Below, piece after piece: positions 27,298-36,644 of a stretch of 64,000 nt of DNA. Within the stretch, counting starts at the first letter, position 1. Each line of letters starts with the position of its first letter. The position numbers and the translations under genes were made by a program. The stretch is from Clostridia bacterium (GTDB taxonomy: Bacteria; Bacillota; Clostridia; RGIG6154), in NCBI GenBank assembly GCA_017626145.1, contig JAGAJK010000077.1:125077-189076 (forward strand). The letters run 5' to 3'. The notes beneath the pieces are model-generated. The model did not search any database. It was not told the origin of the DNA and saw only the letters and a program-made list of their open reading frames with translations.

Positions 27298-29151
27298 ATG
27301 GGAAAGATTAATATACTTGATATAGATACTGTAAATAAAATATCTGCAGGTGAAGTAGTTGAGCGTCCTGCCTCAGCTATCAAGGAGATGATAGAAAATT
27401 CTATTGATGCCGGAGCAAATAAAATCACTGTTGAAATTAAAAACGGTGGTGTATCATTTATGCGTGTGACAGATAATGGTGGCGGTATCGAGCGGGATGA
27501 TATAGAAAAAGCATTTTTACCTCATTCTACAAGCAAAATCACAAAAATTGAAGATTTAAGTGAACTTTACACAATGGGGTTTCGAGGAGAGGCGTTAGCA
27601 AGTATTTCTTCCGTATCAAAGGTGGAACTGATTACCAAAACTAAAAATGAGGAATGTGGAACAGCGGCAATTCTTGAGGGTGGAAAATTCATAAGCAAAG
27701 ATGATGCCGGTTGTCCTGACGGCACAACAATTGTTGTAAGTGAGCTTTTTTATAATACTCCTGCACGTATGAAGTTTTTGAAAAAGGACTCCACAGAAGG
27801 AGCTCATATTGCTGACGTTGTTGATAAGATGATTCTTGGTAATCCGGGTGTATCAATCAAATTCATAAATAACGGACGTGTTGTAAGAATGTCACCCGGA
27901 AACGGAGACGTATGTGATGCTTTCGCTTGTGTATTTGGAAGAGATATTGTAAATGATTGTATTAAAATTAATTATGAGTACCAAGGGGTTAAAGTAACCG
28001 GACTTGTGGGACAACCTTTTGCTTCAAGACCGAATCGTTCTATGCAGGTGTTTTTTGTAAACAAACGAGCTGTACGTTCCAAAACTATATGTTTTGCCGC
28101 CGAACAAGCTTATGAAACAATGCTTATGAACGGAAAATACCCGATTTTACTGATATATGTTGAACTTAATGCTTCACATACAGATGTAAATGTTCATCCG
28201 TCAAAACTTGAAGTTAAATTCAGTAATGAAAAAATTATACATGATGCAGTTTTCTGGGGAGTTCAGAATGCAATATTTTCTTCTCAGGAGGTTAAGGAAG
28301 TAAAGTATTCTGAAAAGAAAACTGTTACCGGTATCAAAAGCACGTATTCGGACTATAATTTTAAAAATGATGTGTCTTCTGTGAATGCTGTGCAAAAAGA
28401 AACAAGCACTATTATAAATGAAAATCCGGTTAGCAACGTTGATATAAAGCCTGAAGAATTGTTTTCTAAAGATGTAATAGAATTTTTTAAGCCTATTGAG
28501 TTGCAAAATGCACCAAAAACCACGACTTGTGAAAAGATTGAAACTCCGATGAAATTTTCCGATAGTGCTGTTGAATATGTTGAGGAAGAGAATTATTATA
28601 AAATTATAGGACAAATATTTGAGTCATATATAATTGTTGAGCAAAATAATAAAATGTTGTTAATTGATCAACATGCGGCTCACGAAAGAATTAATTTTAA
28701 TAAGCTTTCTGCAAATAAACAGATTGATTCTCAGGTTCTTTTAAGTTCTGAAATGGTAACTGTTACAGATTTGGAAGCTGATACCATTTTAAGCAATATT
28801 GATATTTATGAAAAACTTGGTTTCGAAATAGAAAATTTTGGAGATAATAAGCTAATCGTAAGACAAGCACCATGTGATGTAGATGTCGAGTTTATAGAAT
28901 CTGCAATCCATGAAATTGCTGATATAATATTAAAAGGCTCCGAACCTGAACAATTGTGGGATAAAGCTTTATTCAGCGTTGCATGCAAAAGTGCAATTAA
29001 GGCTAATACAAGACTTGGGGATAAAGAGCTTGAACATCTTGTAAATATTGTTCTTAACGATGATAAGGTTAAAACTTGTCCCCACGGAAGACCTGTTGTT
29101 ATTTCTTTTGATAAAAAATTTATTGAGAAAGAGTTTAAACGTATATTATGA
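27298..29151 (+). CDS. mutL: DNA mismatch repair protein MutL
   Basis: GHKL ATPase N-terminus (NKISAGEVVERPASAIKEMIENSIDAGA..., DNGGGI, GFRGEAL) and a C-terminal dimerisation domain. Confidence 0.97.
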   Translation: MGKINILDIDTVNKISAGEVVERPASAIKEMIENSIDAGANKITVEIKNGGVSFMRVTDNGGGIERDDIEKAFLPHSTSKITKIEDLSELYTMGFRGEALASISSVSKVELITKTKNEECGTAAILEGGKFISKDDAGCPDGTTIVVSELFYNTPARMKFLKKDSTEGAHIADVVDKMILGNPGVSIKFINNGRVVRMSPGNGDVCDAFACVFGRDIVNDCIKINYEYQGVKVTGLVGQPFASRPNRSMQVFFVNKRAVRSKTICFAAEQAYETMLMNGKYPILLIYVELNASHTDVNVHPSKLEVKFSNEKIIHDAVFWGVQNAIFSSQEVKEVKYSEKKTVTGIKSTYSDYNFKNDVSSVNAVQKETSTIINENPVSNVDIKPEELFSKDVIEFFKPIELQNAPKTTTCEKIETPMKFSDSAVEYVEEENYYKIIGQIFESYIIVEQNNKMLLIDQHAAHERINFNKLSANKQIDSQVLLSSEMVTVTDLEADTILSNIDIYEKLGFEIENFGDNKLIVRQAPCDVDVEFIESAIHEIADIILKGSEPEQLWDKALFSVACKSAIKANTRLGDKELEHLVNIVLNDDKVKTCPHGRPVVISFDKKFIEKEFKRIL

Positions 29152-30080
29152 TAAACAAAAAGCCTTTGGTAGTAATTATGGGTCCCACTGCATCGGGAAA
29201 GACGTCTTTGGCTGTTGATATTTGTAAAAAAATTGGTGGTGAAGTGATTACTGCTGATTCTATGCAGGTTTATAAGAAAATGAATATCGGAACAGCCAAG
29301 CCCACTATAGAAGAGATGCAAGGAATAAAACATCATATGATTGATATAGTTGAACCCGAAAATTCTTATTCACTTGCGGATTACGTAAAAGATGCAACAC
29401 AGGCGATTGAATGTGTATACGAAAATGGCAATATACCGGTTCTTGCAGGTGGCACAGGTTTGTATATTGATACACTTATAAACGGTGTAGAACTTAACGA
29501 TAGCAACAATGATGAAAATTACCGTAAAGAACTTTATGATATGGCGGCTGATAAAGGAAATGAGGCTGTCCATAAATTACTTGCAAAAATCGATATTAAA
29601 TCTGCAGAAAATATTCACCCAAATAATCTTAAAAGAGTAATAAGAGCTCTTGAATTTTATAAGACAACAGGTATTAAGCAAAGCGAACATATCTCAAAAG
29701 GAGAACGCAACTCTTTGTATAACACATGCAAATTCTGTTTATTTCCGGAAAGAAATACTCTTTATGAAAAGATAAATAAAAGAGTTGATATTATGCTTAT
29801 GCAAGGGCTTGTTGATGAGGTGAAGTCACTTATTGACGGAGGAGTAAGTAATGTATGTACCTCTATGCAGGGGATAGGGTACAAGGAAATAGCTATGTAT
29901 CTTGATAATACAATTTCACTTTCGGAAGCTATTGAATTGATTAAAACTGGTACAAGAAGATATGCAAAACGACAAATAACTTGGTTTAAAAGAGAGGAAA
30001 AGACGGATTTTGTCGATAATACTTTCGGAATAAATTTGGATTATTTTGTCAAAAGTATAGAATTATCTTTTAAAATATAG
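29148..30080 (+). CDS. miaA: tRNA dimethylallyltransferase MiaA
   Basis: P-loop [15 protein letters not shown] and ...[19 protein letters not shown].... Start overlaps the mutL stop. Confidence 0.95.
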   Translation: MINKKPLVVIMGPTASGKTSLAVDICKKIGGEVITADSMQVYKKMNIGTAKPTIEEMQGIKHHMIDIVEPENSYSLADYVKDATQAIECVYENGNIPVLAGGTGLYIDTLINGVELNDSNNDENYRKELYDMAADKGNEAVHKLLAKIDIKSAENIHPNNLKRVIRALEFYKTTGIKQSEHISKGERNSLYNTCKFCLFPERNTLYEKINKRVDIMLMQGLVDEVKSLIDGGVSNVCTSMQGIGYKEIAMYLDNTISLSEAIELIKTGTRRYAKRQITWFKREEKTDFVDNTFGINLDYFVKSIELSFKI

Positions 30081-30111
30081 TATAATGAGTAAAAAGACAA
30101 AGGAGAGCATT

Positions 30112-30357
30112 ATGAAACAGCTTAATTTACAGGACACAGTATTAAATTATGCAAGACGTGAGCATATACCGGTTACTATATATCTTATGAACGGGTTTCA
30201 ATTTAAAGGACTCGTTTGCGGATTTGATAATTTTACTGTAATTATCGAATGTGATGGCAAACAGCAGCTTGTGTACAAGCATGCAATTTCTACTATCACG
30301 CCATCTAAAAAAATTGATATTTTAGAAATTACTAATAACGGAAATAACAATGAGTAA
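30112..30357 (+). CDS. hfq: RNA chaperone Hfq
   Basis: Sm1/Sm2 motifs ([40 protein letters not shown]...VYKHAISTI). I chose the start at MKQL, which has an AAAGGAGAG RBS. The track ORF starts at 30085. Confidence 0.9.
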   Translation: MKQLNLQDTVLNYARREHIPVTIYLMNGFQFKGLVCGFDNFTVIIECDGKQQLVYKHAISTITPSKKIDILEITNNGNNNE

Positions 30358-31555
30358 GCTTTCAAAATTTTTAGTAGCTATTGTTGCTGTAATTCTGATA
30401 ATTATTTTTGCTTTTAATATTTTCGGATTTATGAATAACAGAATAACGACACAGGTTGCTTCTTTGGGTAAAATAGAGAAAAATATTGATGCTGATGGGT
30501 ATATAATCCGTGACGAATATATTATTGTCAGTAAGATAGGTTGTTTTATTGACAGTATGGTTTCAGAAGGAGAGAGAGTATCTAAAAATGAGGTTCTCGC
30601 GACCGTATACGAGGATGCTTCTAATGCAGCTATTCATAACGATATCAAGACTCTGAATGAACGCATTATGAGTCTTGAAAAACTTATAATGGCGGAAGGC
30701 GGTATACAGGATGTCCAGGATACAGATAATTTTTTAAAGAGCAAGGTTACTGATGTTATTGAATATTCTCATAGAGGTAATGGAAATATACTGAACGAAG
30801 TTTATTATGAATTAATAAACAATATTGATGAGAATACTGCGACTGATAATAACAGTATTCAAAACCTTATTAATGAATTGAAATCGGAAAAAGAACAGCT
30901 TGAATCACAACTTATGGGAGAAAAGACTACTATAGTTGCTGATAGCGCAGGATTATACTTCTCTTATGCGGACGGTTATGAAACTTTGTTGTACCCCGAA
31001 ATGATACCTGAACTTAGCGTTTCTGCATTTAATCAATTACCTGATGGCTTTGAAAATAGTGAGGATAACAAGGCATCTGCAAAACTCGTGACAGGATATG
31101 ATTGGTACTACTCATTTGTTGCCGATGCTTCTCTTATTGATGATTTTGATTATGCCGCAGTTATTACTCTTAACTTTGATGAACATACCGATGAGGATAT
31201 TAAAGCATATGTTTACAACATTTCTGAGGAAGAGAACGGAAAATGTGTTATTACATGCAGGATTGAAAAATATGTGCATCATGCTTTTACAAACAGAAAA
31301 CTTTCAGCAACCGTAATACTTGACAGCACCGATGGTCTTAAAATTCCACGTGAAGCAATTCGCGTTGTTGACGGACAAACCGGTGTTTATATTTCCAAAC
31401 AGTCTATCGCAAGATTCAGAAGCGTTAATATATTAGCTCAGGACGAAAATTATGTTATTGTATCACCGGGTCAGGAAAACAGTGGTGAACTTATGATATA
31501 TGATGAAGTTATTATTAAAGGAAATATAGAAAAGGACGGTCAGTCTTTGGAATAA
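30350..31555 (+). CDS. HlyD-like membrane-anchored protein (membrane-fusion / periplasmic-adaptor-like)
   Basis: N-terminal TM helix, then a biotin-lipoyl-like hairpin segment ([17 protein letters not shown]...[12 protein letters not shown]), a long coiled coil and a C-terminal beta domain. ATG overlaps the hfq stop. Confidence 0.55.
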   Translation: MSKLSKFLVAIVAVILIIIFAFNIFGFMNNRITTQVASLGKIEKNIDADGYIIRDEYIIVSKIGCFIDSMVSEGERVSKNEVLATVYEDASNAAIHNDIKTLNERIMSLEKLIMAEGGIQDVQDTDNFLKSKVTDVIEYSHRGNGNILNEVYYELINNIDENTATDNNSIQNLINELKSEKEQLESQLMGEKTTIVADSAGLYFSYADGYETLLYPEMIPELSVSAFNQLPDGFENSEDNKASAKLVTGYDWYYSFVADASLIDDFDYAAVITLNFDEHTDEDIKAYVYNISEEENGKCVITCRIEKYVHHAFTNRKLSATVILDSTDGLKIPREAIRVVDGQTGVYISKQSIARFRSVNILAQDENYVIVSPGQENSGELMIYDEVIIKGNIEKDGQSLE

Positions 31556-31569
31556 GGAGTGTAGTATAT

Positions 31570-32025
31570 ATGAGTTTTTTTCAGGAAAAAATGTCTTCAA
31601 TTCTAAGTTATCTTGAAAATAAAGACGAGGATGAAGATATTCTGATTAACACAGTCAAAGAAAAAGAAAGAGACTATCAGAAGAGAAGTAATGTCAACGT
31701 TGTTACAAATACTAAAAAAGGAAAAATTGTCGATATACATGCGACCACACAGTTACAGGTTGTTGTAATAAAGACTCAGAGGTTTGAAGATGTGCAGGAA
31801 ATTGCTGTGCACCTGAAAGAACGCAAGCCCGTCGTTGTAAATATGGAGGAAACGCCTCCGGATGTAGCGAGACGTATACTTGATTTTGTCACTGGTGTAA
31901 TTTATGCTATTGACGGAAGTGTTCAAAAAATTTCCAAAGTAATATTACTTGCAACACCGTATAATGTTAATATAATGGGAAATTTCGAGGATGAGCTTCG
32001 TAATGGTATTTTTCCTTGGGATTAG
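31570..32025 (+). CDS. sepF: cell division protein SepF
   Basis: C-terminal SepF/DUF552 core (VVVIKTQRFEDVQEIAVHLKERKPVVVNMEETPPDVARRILDFVTGVIYAIDGSVQKIS). Confidence 0.85.
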   Translation: MSFFQEKMSSILSYLENKDEDEDILINTVKEKERDYQKRSNVNVVTNTKKGKIVDIHATTQLQVVVIKTQRFEDVQEIAVHLKERKPVVVNMEETPPDVARRILDFVTGVIYAIDGSVQKISKVILLATPYNVNIMGNFEDELRNGIFPWD

Positions 32026-32037
32026 AGGTGTGGATAA

Positions 32038-32328
32038 ATGTCTTTAAGTGCGATACTATCAATTTCAGTTTCTATATTATGTGAGATTTTAAGCTATTTA
32101 ATACTTATAAGGTGTATATTGTCTTATATACCTATGTCTAAAGGTAACATATTTACTAATGCTGTTTACAATCTCACAGAACCTTTATTGTCGCCTGTAA
32201 GAAGGATTCTTGGTAATTTTGGAAGAGGGCATATGATGCTTGACTTTTCACCGGTTATTGTCCTTTTACTTATACCATACGTTATAGAACCGGCACTGAT
32301 ATACTTTATACAATTTATTTTCAGATAG
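32038..32328 (+). CDS. YggT-family membrane protein
   Basis: 96-aa protein with 2 TM helices in the conserved position between sepF and divIVA. Confidence 0.8.
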   Translation: MSLSAILSISVSILCEILSYLILIRCILSYIPMSKGNIFTNAVYNLTEPLLSPVRRILGNFGRGHMMLDFSPVIVLLLIPYVIEPALIYFIQFIFR

Positions 32329-32339
32329 GAGAGAAGAAT

Positions 32340-32783
32340 ATGTTAACACCGATTGATATACAAAATAAAGAATTTTCAAAGTCATTAAGTGGTTATAATA
32401 AAGATATGGTTGACGATTTTATGTCCGAGGTTGCTAATGAATTTGAAAAGCTTTATAAGGAAAATATTGAGTTAAAAGACAGACTTTCTGTTTTAAATGA
32501 TTCATTAAAAAAGTACAGAGCTATGGAGGATTCGCTGCAGAATACACTTATGTTTGCTCAGAATACTGCAGAGGATGTCAAGAAAAATGCTAAAGAGAAA
32601 GCTGATTTCATAGTAGGTGAAGCAAGCACAAGAGCAGAAACAATAATACGTGATGCTGAACGTAAATGTGAGGAAATTCAGAAAAAATACGATTCAGTCT
32701 TAGCTGAATTTGTTACCTTTAAAACTAAATTTAATTCTTTGTTGGATTCAGAGAAAAATTTGATGGAGGAAATGTTCAAATAA
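32340..32783 (+). CDS. divIVA: DivIVA-domain cell division protein
   Basis: N-terminal DivIVA motif (MLTPIDIQNKEFSKSLSGYNKDMVDDFMSEVANEFEKLYKENIELK) followed by a coiled coil. Confidence 0.85.
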   Translation: MLTPIDIQNKEFSKSLSGYNKDMVDDFMSEVANEFEKLYKENIELKDRLSVLNDSLKKYRAMEDSLQNTLMFAQNTAEDVKKNAKEKADFIVGEASTRAETIIRDAERKCEEIQKKYDSVLAEFVTFKTKFNSLLDSEKNLMEEMFK

Positions 32784-32789
32784 AGAATT

Positions 32790-33251
32790 ATGGAGTACTT
32801 GATTATTGCTTTAGGAATAATTATTGATCAGATTTCCAAATGGTTTGCAGTTAAATTTCTCTCAGAGGGTTCTTTTAACATTATTAAGGATTTTTTTTCG
32901 TTAACATTAGTTAAAAATTATAATGGTGCTTTTGGGTTGTTTGGTAGTGTAAATAGTTTCCTTCTACCAATTTCAATTATCATTTCAGTAGCTTGTTTTT
33001 GGTTTATGAAAAAGGCAAAGAAAAACTCCTATCATCTTTTAACCATTTCAGTTGCTTGTATAATTTCAGGAGCTATCGGTAATATAATTGACAGAATTGC
33101 TTACGGATTTGTAGTGGATTTCATAAGAATTCATTTATTTGATTTTCCTGTTTTTAATGTAGCTGATATATTGGTTGTCGTTGGGGCCTTTTCTGCAGTG
33201 CTCTTGTTGTGTTTTAGTAAGGCTGGTGATATCTTTGACAATCATAAGTGA
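32790..33251 (+). CDS. lspA: lipoprotein signal peptidase II
   Basis: Conserved boxes NYNGAFGLFG, NIIDRIAYGFVVDFI and FPVFNVADI. Confidence 0.9.
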   Translation: MEYLIIALGIIIDQISKWFAVKFLSEGSFNIIKDFFSLTLVKNYNGAFGLFGSVNSFLLPISIIISVACFWFMKKAKKNSYHLLTISVACIISGAIGNIIDRIAYGFVVDFIRIHLFDFPVFNVADILVVVGAFSAVLLLCFSKAGDIFDNHK

Positions 33252-34125
33252 CTGTGATGGAATAAGATTAGATGCTTTTATTACCGAAAGGACAGATTTG
33301 TCACGCTCTTTGGTAAAAAACATCGCTGATTCCGGGAATGTTTTTGTTAACGGAAAAGTAGCTAAGTGTAGTTACAAGATTAAATCAGGTGATATCGTTG
33401 AATTTGAAGAGCCTGAAATCAGAAAGCTTGATGCCATACCGCAGGAGATGGATTTAGATATTGTTTATGAGGATGAACATTTAATTGTGGTTAATAAACC
33501 TCAGGGAATGGTAGTTCATCCTGCACCGGGAAATTTTGAAGATACACTTGTTAATGGAATTTTAGCTCATTGTCATGGGAATTTATCCACGATTAATTCT
33601 GTTCAGCGTCCGGGTATAGTACATAGAATTGATAAAGATACCTCAGGCCTTTTGGTTGTAGCCAAAAATGATGTTGCACATAACGGACTTGCTGAACAAT
33701 TTAAAGTTCATTCTATCAACCGAGTGTATACTTGTATTGCTAAGGGACATTTTAAGGAAACTAACGGTACTGTTGATGCTCCGATAGGAAGACATCCTGT
33801 TGATCGTAAAAAGATGGCTGTCACTGCAAAAAATAGTAAAAATGCCGTTACTCACTTTCAGGTGGTTGAAGAACTTAATGGTTACACTCTTTTGAAATGC
33901 AAGCTTGAAACAGGCAGAACACACCAGATAAGAGTTCATATGGCATATATCGGTCATCCGTTGCTTGGCGATCCTGTTTATGGTATGAAAAATAATTTAG
34001 GGTTAAATGTTCAGATGCTTCATGCAGGACTTTTAGGCTTTATACATCCGGTTACAGGCGAATATATAGAGTTTTCATCTCCACCACCGGAGTTGTTTAA
34101 TATAACTTTAGAAAAATTAAGATAA
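33226..34125 (+). CDS. rluD: RluA-family 23S rRNA pseudouridine synthase (RluD-like)
   Basis: S4 domain (RLDAFITERTDLSRSLVKNIADSGNVFVNGK) and catalytic motifs HRIDKDTSGLLVVAK and a later HQIRVH. The start is uncertain: GTG at 33226 or TTG at 33235. The track ORF begins at 33175, inside lspA. Confidence 0.85.
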   Translation: MISLTIISDCDGIRLDAFITERTDLSRSLVKNIADSGNVFVNGKVAKCSYKIKSGDIVEFEEPEIRKLDAIPQEMDLDIVYEDEHLIVVNKPQGMVVHPAPGNFEDTLVNGILAHCHGNLSTINSVQRPGIVHRIDKDTSGLLVVAKNDVAHNGLAEQFKVHSINRVYTCIAKGHFKETNGTVDAPIGRHPVDRKKMAVTAKNSKNAVTHFQVVEELNGYTLLKCKLETGRTHQIRVHMAYIGHPLLGDPVYGMKNNLGLNVQMLHAGLLGFIHPVTGEYIEFSSPPPELFNITLEKLR

Positions 34126-34184
34126 ATTAAAAGTTGTTTTGCTATATAGCGAAACAACTTTTTTATAAGTAAAACAGAAATTAT

Positions 34185-35549
34185 TTATTTTCTTTTGTCA
34201 AGTGGAACATATATGCTTTTTGTAGTAACACTTTTATAAGCAGGTCGTATAATTCTTCCACCTGAAACAATTTCTTCTATTCTGTGAGCGCACCACCCAA
34301 CAACTCTTGACATAGCGAAAAGGGGAGTATAAAGCTCTTCACTAATTCCAAGCATACTATATACAAATCCGGAATAAAAGTCAACATTCGAACATATCAT
34401 TTTATCGGAATGCTTTACCTCTGCAAAAACTTCAGGTGCAAGTCTTTCAACAGCATCATATAGTAAAAATTCTTTTTCTCTGTTTTTGGTTTGTGCAAGC
34501 TTTGAAGCTTTGGCTTTCAGTAATACAGCACGCGGATCGGATTTAGTATAAATAGCGTGTCCCATTCCGTATATAAGACCGCTTCTGTCAAAGGCTTCAC
34601 CTTTGACGATTTTAGTAAGGTATGCTTTGATTTCGGCTTCGTCAGACCAATCCTTGACATTTTCTTTAATTTCATTGAACATAAGTGCAACAGTTGTTGA
34701 TGCACCGCCGTGTTTTGGGCCTTTAAGTGAATTTACAGCCGAAGAGATTGCAGCATACGTGTCTGTGCCTGATGAAGAAACAACGTGAGTAGTAAATGCT
34801 GAATTATTACCGCCACCGTGTTCTGCGTGTATTGCAAGGCACAAATCCAGTGTTTCTACTTCTTCTTTTGTATATTCATGTGACGGTCTTAACATATAAA
34901 GAAAATTTTCAGCAGTTGAAAGCTTATCGCTGGGAGTATGTATAATTAAGCTTTCATCATTATATACGTGACGTTTAGCGGAATATGAATTAGCAATCAA
35001 TATTGGAAATTTTGAAATAAGACTTATAGATTGCATAATAACATTAGAAATTTCTGTACTGTCAGGGTTATTATCGTATGAATATAGCGATAAGATATTT
35101 CTTGCCAGCTTGTTCATTATATCAGGACTTGGTGCCTTAATAATCATATCCTCGACAAAGTTGGGTGGTAGCTTTCTAAGTGATACTAAAAGTTCACTAA
35201 AAGCCTGAAGTTCATCACGTGTTGGAAGTTTACCGAAAAGTATAAGAAAGCAAACTTCCTCAAAAGCATATCTCTTTTCAGCAACAGCCCCTTTAAGAAT
35301 TTCTTTAAGCTGAATGCCTCTGTACAATAATTTACCGTCAGACGGGATTTTATCACTATCTTCAATCATATAACCGTGTACTTCACCAATAGCAGTTAAG
35401 CCAACAAGAACGCCTGTTCCGTCAGAGTTTCTTAACCCTCGTTTAACATTATATTTGTGATACAACTCCGGAGATATGGCATCCCTTTGTGTTACAGAGT
35501 CAATTAATGTAGATATTATTTCTTTATTTTGTTCTATACAGTTTTTCAT
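34185..35549 (-). CDS. citrate synthase
   Basis: Catalytic His region AIHAEHGGGNNSAFTTHVV, GPKHGGAS, IYGMGHAIYTKSDPR and the C-terminal WCAHRIEE. I chose the start at MKNCIEQ, which has an AAAGGGG RBS. Confidence 0.9.
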   Translation of the reverse strand: MKNCIEQNKEIISTLIDSVTQRDAISPELYHKYNVKRGLRNSDGTGVLVGLTAIGEVHGYMIEDSDKIPSDGKLLYRGIQLKEILKGAVAEKRYAFEEVCFLILFGKLPTRDELQAFSELLVSLRKLPPNFVEDMIIKAPSPDIMNKLARNILSLYSYDNNPDSTEISNVIMQSISLISKFPILIANSYSAKRHVYNDESLIIHTPSDKLSTAENFLYMLRPSHEYTKEEVETLDLCLAIHAEHGGGNNSAFTTHVVSSSGTDTYAAISSAVNSLKGPKHGGASTTVALMFNEIKENVKDWSDEAEIKAYLTKIVKGEAFDRSGLIYGMGHAIYTKSDPRAVLLKAKASKLAQTKNREKEFLLYDAVERLAPEVFAEVKHSDKMICSNVDFYSGFVYSMLGISEELYTPLFAMSRVVGWCAHRIEEIVSGGRIIRPAYKSVTTKSIYVPLDKRK

Positions 35550-35698
35550 AATTATGCCCCTTTTGCAATTTTGCAAAAACAAAAATTCATTTTTGCGTGT
35601 TTCAAAAAACAATGTACATATAAGTAATTATATATGATTTTCGCTTAAAAGTCAATGAAAAACGTAATTATTATTTAAATTTAAATAAGGAATCTGAA

Positions 35699-36619
35699 AT
35701 GAAAAATACAGGAATTGTAATTTTGTGTTGCATTTTTGTTGTTGCAATAATACCAATGATCAATGTTAAAACGATTATATCTCAAGAAAATTCAATAAAA
35801 ATGATAAGTGTATACAATACAATAGAATCGAAAACTGAAACAATGAATATTGAAGAATATGTTTTAAAGGTTCTTGAAGAGGAAATGCCGGCATCTTATG
35901 AAATGGAAGCACTCAAAGCTCAGGCAATCGCTATAAGAACATATGCGCTAAGAAAAATGGATTCCGATGCTGAAAATCACTTTGGTGCCGATGTTTGCAC
36001 AGATTACAAGCATTGTATGGCTTATATGTTTAATCCAACTGAAAAGTGGGGAGATAAAGCAAATGAATATATATATAAATATCAAAGAGCAGTTGATGAA
36101 ACCGCTGGAATGATTTTAACTTATAATAATGAACTTGCGGCTACTTTTTTCTTTTCTTTATCTGCCGGGAAAACTCAGAATTGTTATGATGTTTGGGGAA
36201 AAGATATTCCGTATTTAAGAAGTGTTGATAGTAAGGTAGATAAACTAAGAAAAAATTATGAAACATTTTTAGAATTTAGTGATATAGAATTAAATAAAAA
36301 ATTAGGAATTAATTTAGAAGAAAATTTTTATATAGAACATTTTGAAAATGGCTATGTGAAAAATCTGATATCGGGCGATGACAAACTTTCAGGAACTGAA
36401 GTAAGAGAGAAGCTTGATTTGAGATCTTCTGCATTTCAAATAGAAAAAAAAGACACAAAATATAAATTTACTGTTTATGGTTATGGTCATGGGGTTGGTA
36501 TGAGCCAGCAAGGCGCTGATGAAATGGCAAAGCAAGGGAGTAATTATCAAGAGATACTTTATCACTATTACAACGGAACTACTATTAATAATTTTAATTA
36601 TAAAAAGCCGGGCAATTAG
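35699..36619 (+). CDS. spoIID: SpoIID/LytB-domain protein (stage II sporulation protein D-like)
   Basis: N-terminal TM helix and the SpoIID signature LKAQAIAIRTYALRK...FFFSLSAGKT. Confidence 0.85.
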   Translation: MKNTGIVILCCIFVVAIIPMINVKTIISQENSIKMISVYNTIESKTETMNIEEYVLKVLEEEMPASYEMEALKAQAIAIRTYALRKMDSDAENHFGADVCTDYKHCMAYMFNPTEKWGDKANEYIYKYQRAVDETAGMILTYNNELAATFFFSLSAGKTQNCYDVWGKDIPYLRSVDSKVDKLRKNYETFLEFSDIELNKKLGINLEENFYIEHFENGYVKNLISGDDKLSGTEVREKLDLRSSAFQIEKKDTKYKFTVYGYGHGVGMSQQGADEMAKQGSNYQEILYHYYNGTTINNFNYKKPGN

Positions 36620-36630
36620 CCCGGCTTAAA
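36602..36630. terminator. bidirectional terminator shared by spoIID and the SLH gene
   Basis: AAGCCGGGC-aatta-GCCCGGCTT with flanking A and T runs. The spoIID stop codon lies in the loop. Confidence 0.8.
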
Positions 36631-36644
36631 ATTAATTATATGAA

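Noticed and set aside
33175-33225. N-terminal extension of rluD overlapping lspA
   Set aside because: A 77-nt overlap is implausible. The conserved RluD N-terminus (RLDAFI...) starts right after GTG 33226 or TTG 33235. This ORF was mis-extended by the scan.
35556-35580. Tandem TGCAAAA-t-TGCAAAA direct repeat just upstream of the citrate synthase RBS
   Set aside because: It is short and AT-rich, with no known regulator motif I can match (not a clean CcpC or Rex box). It is probably promoter or RBS context.
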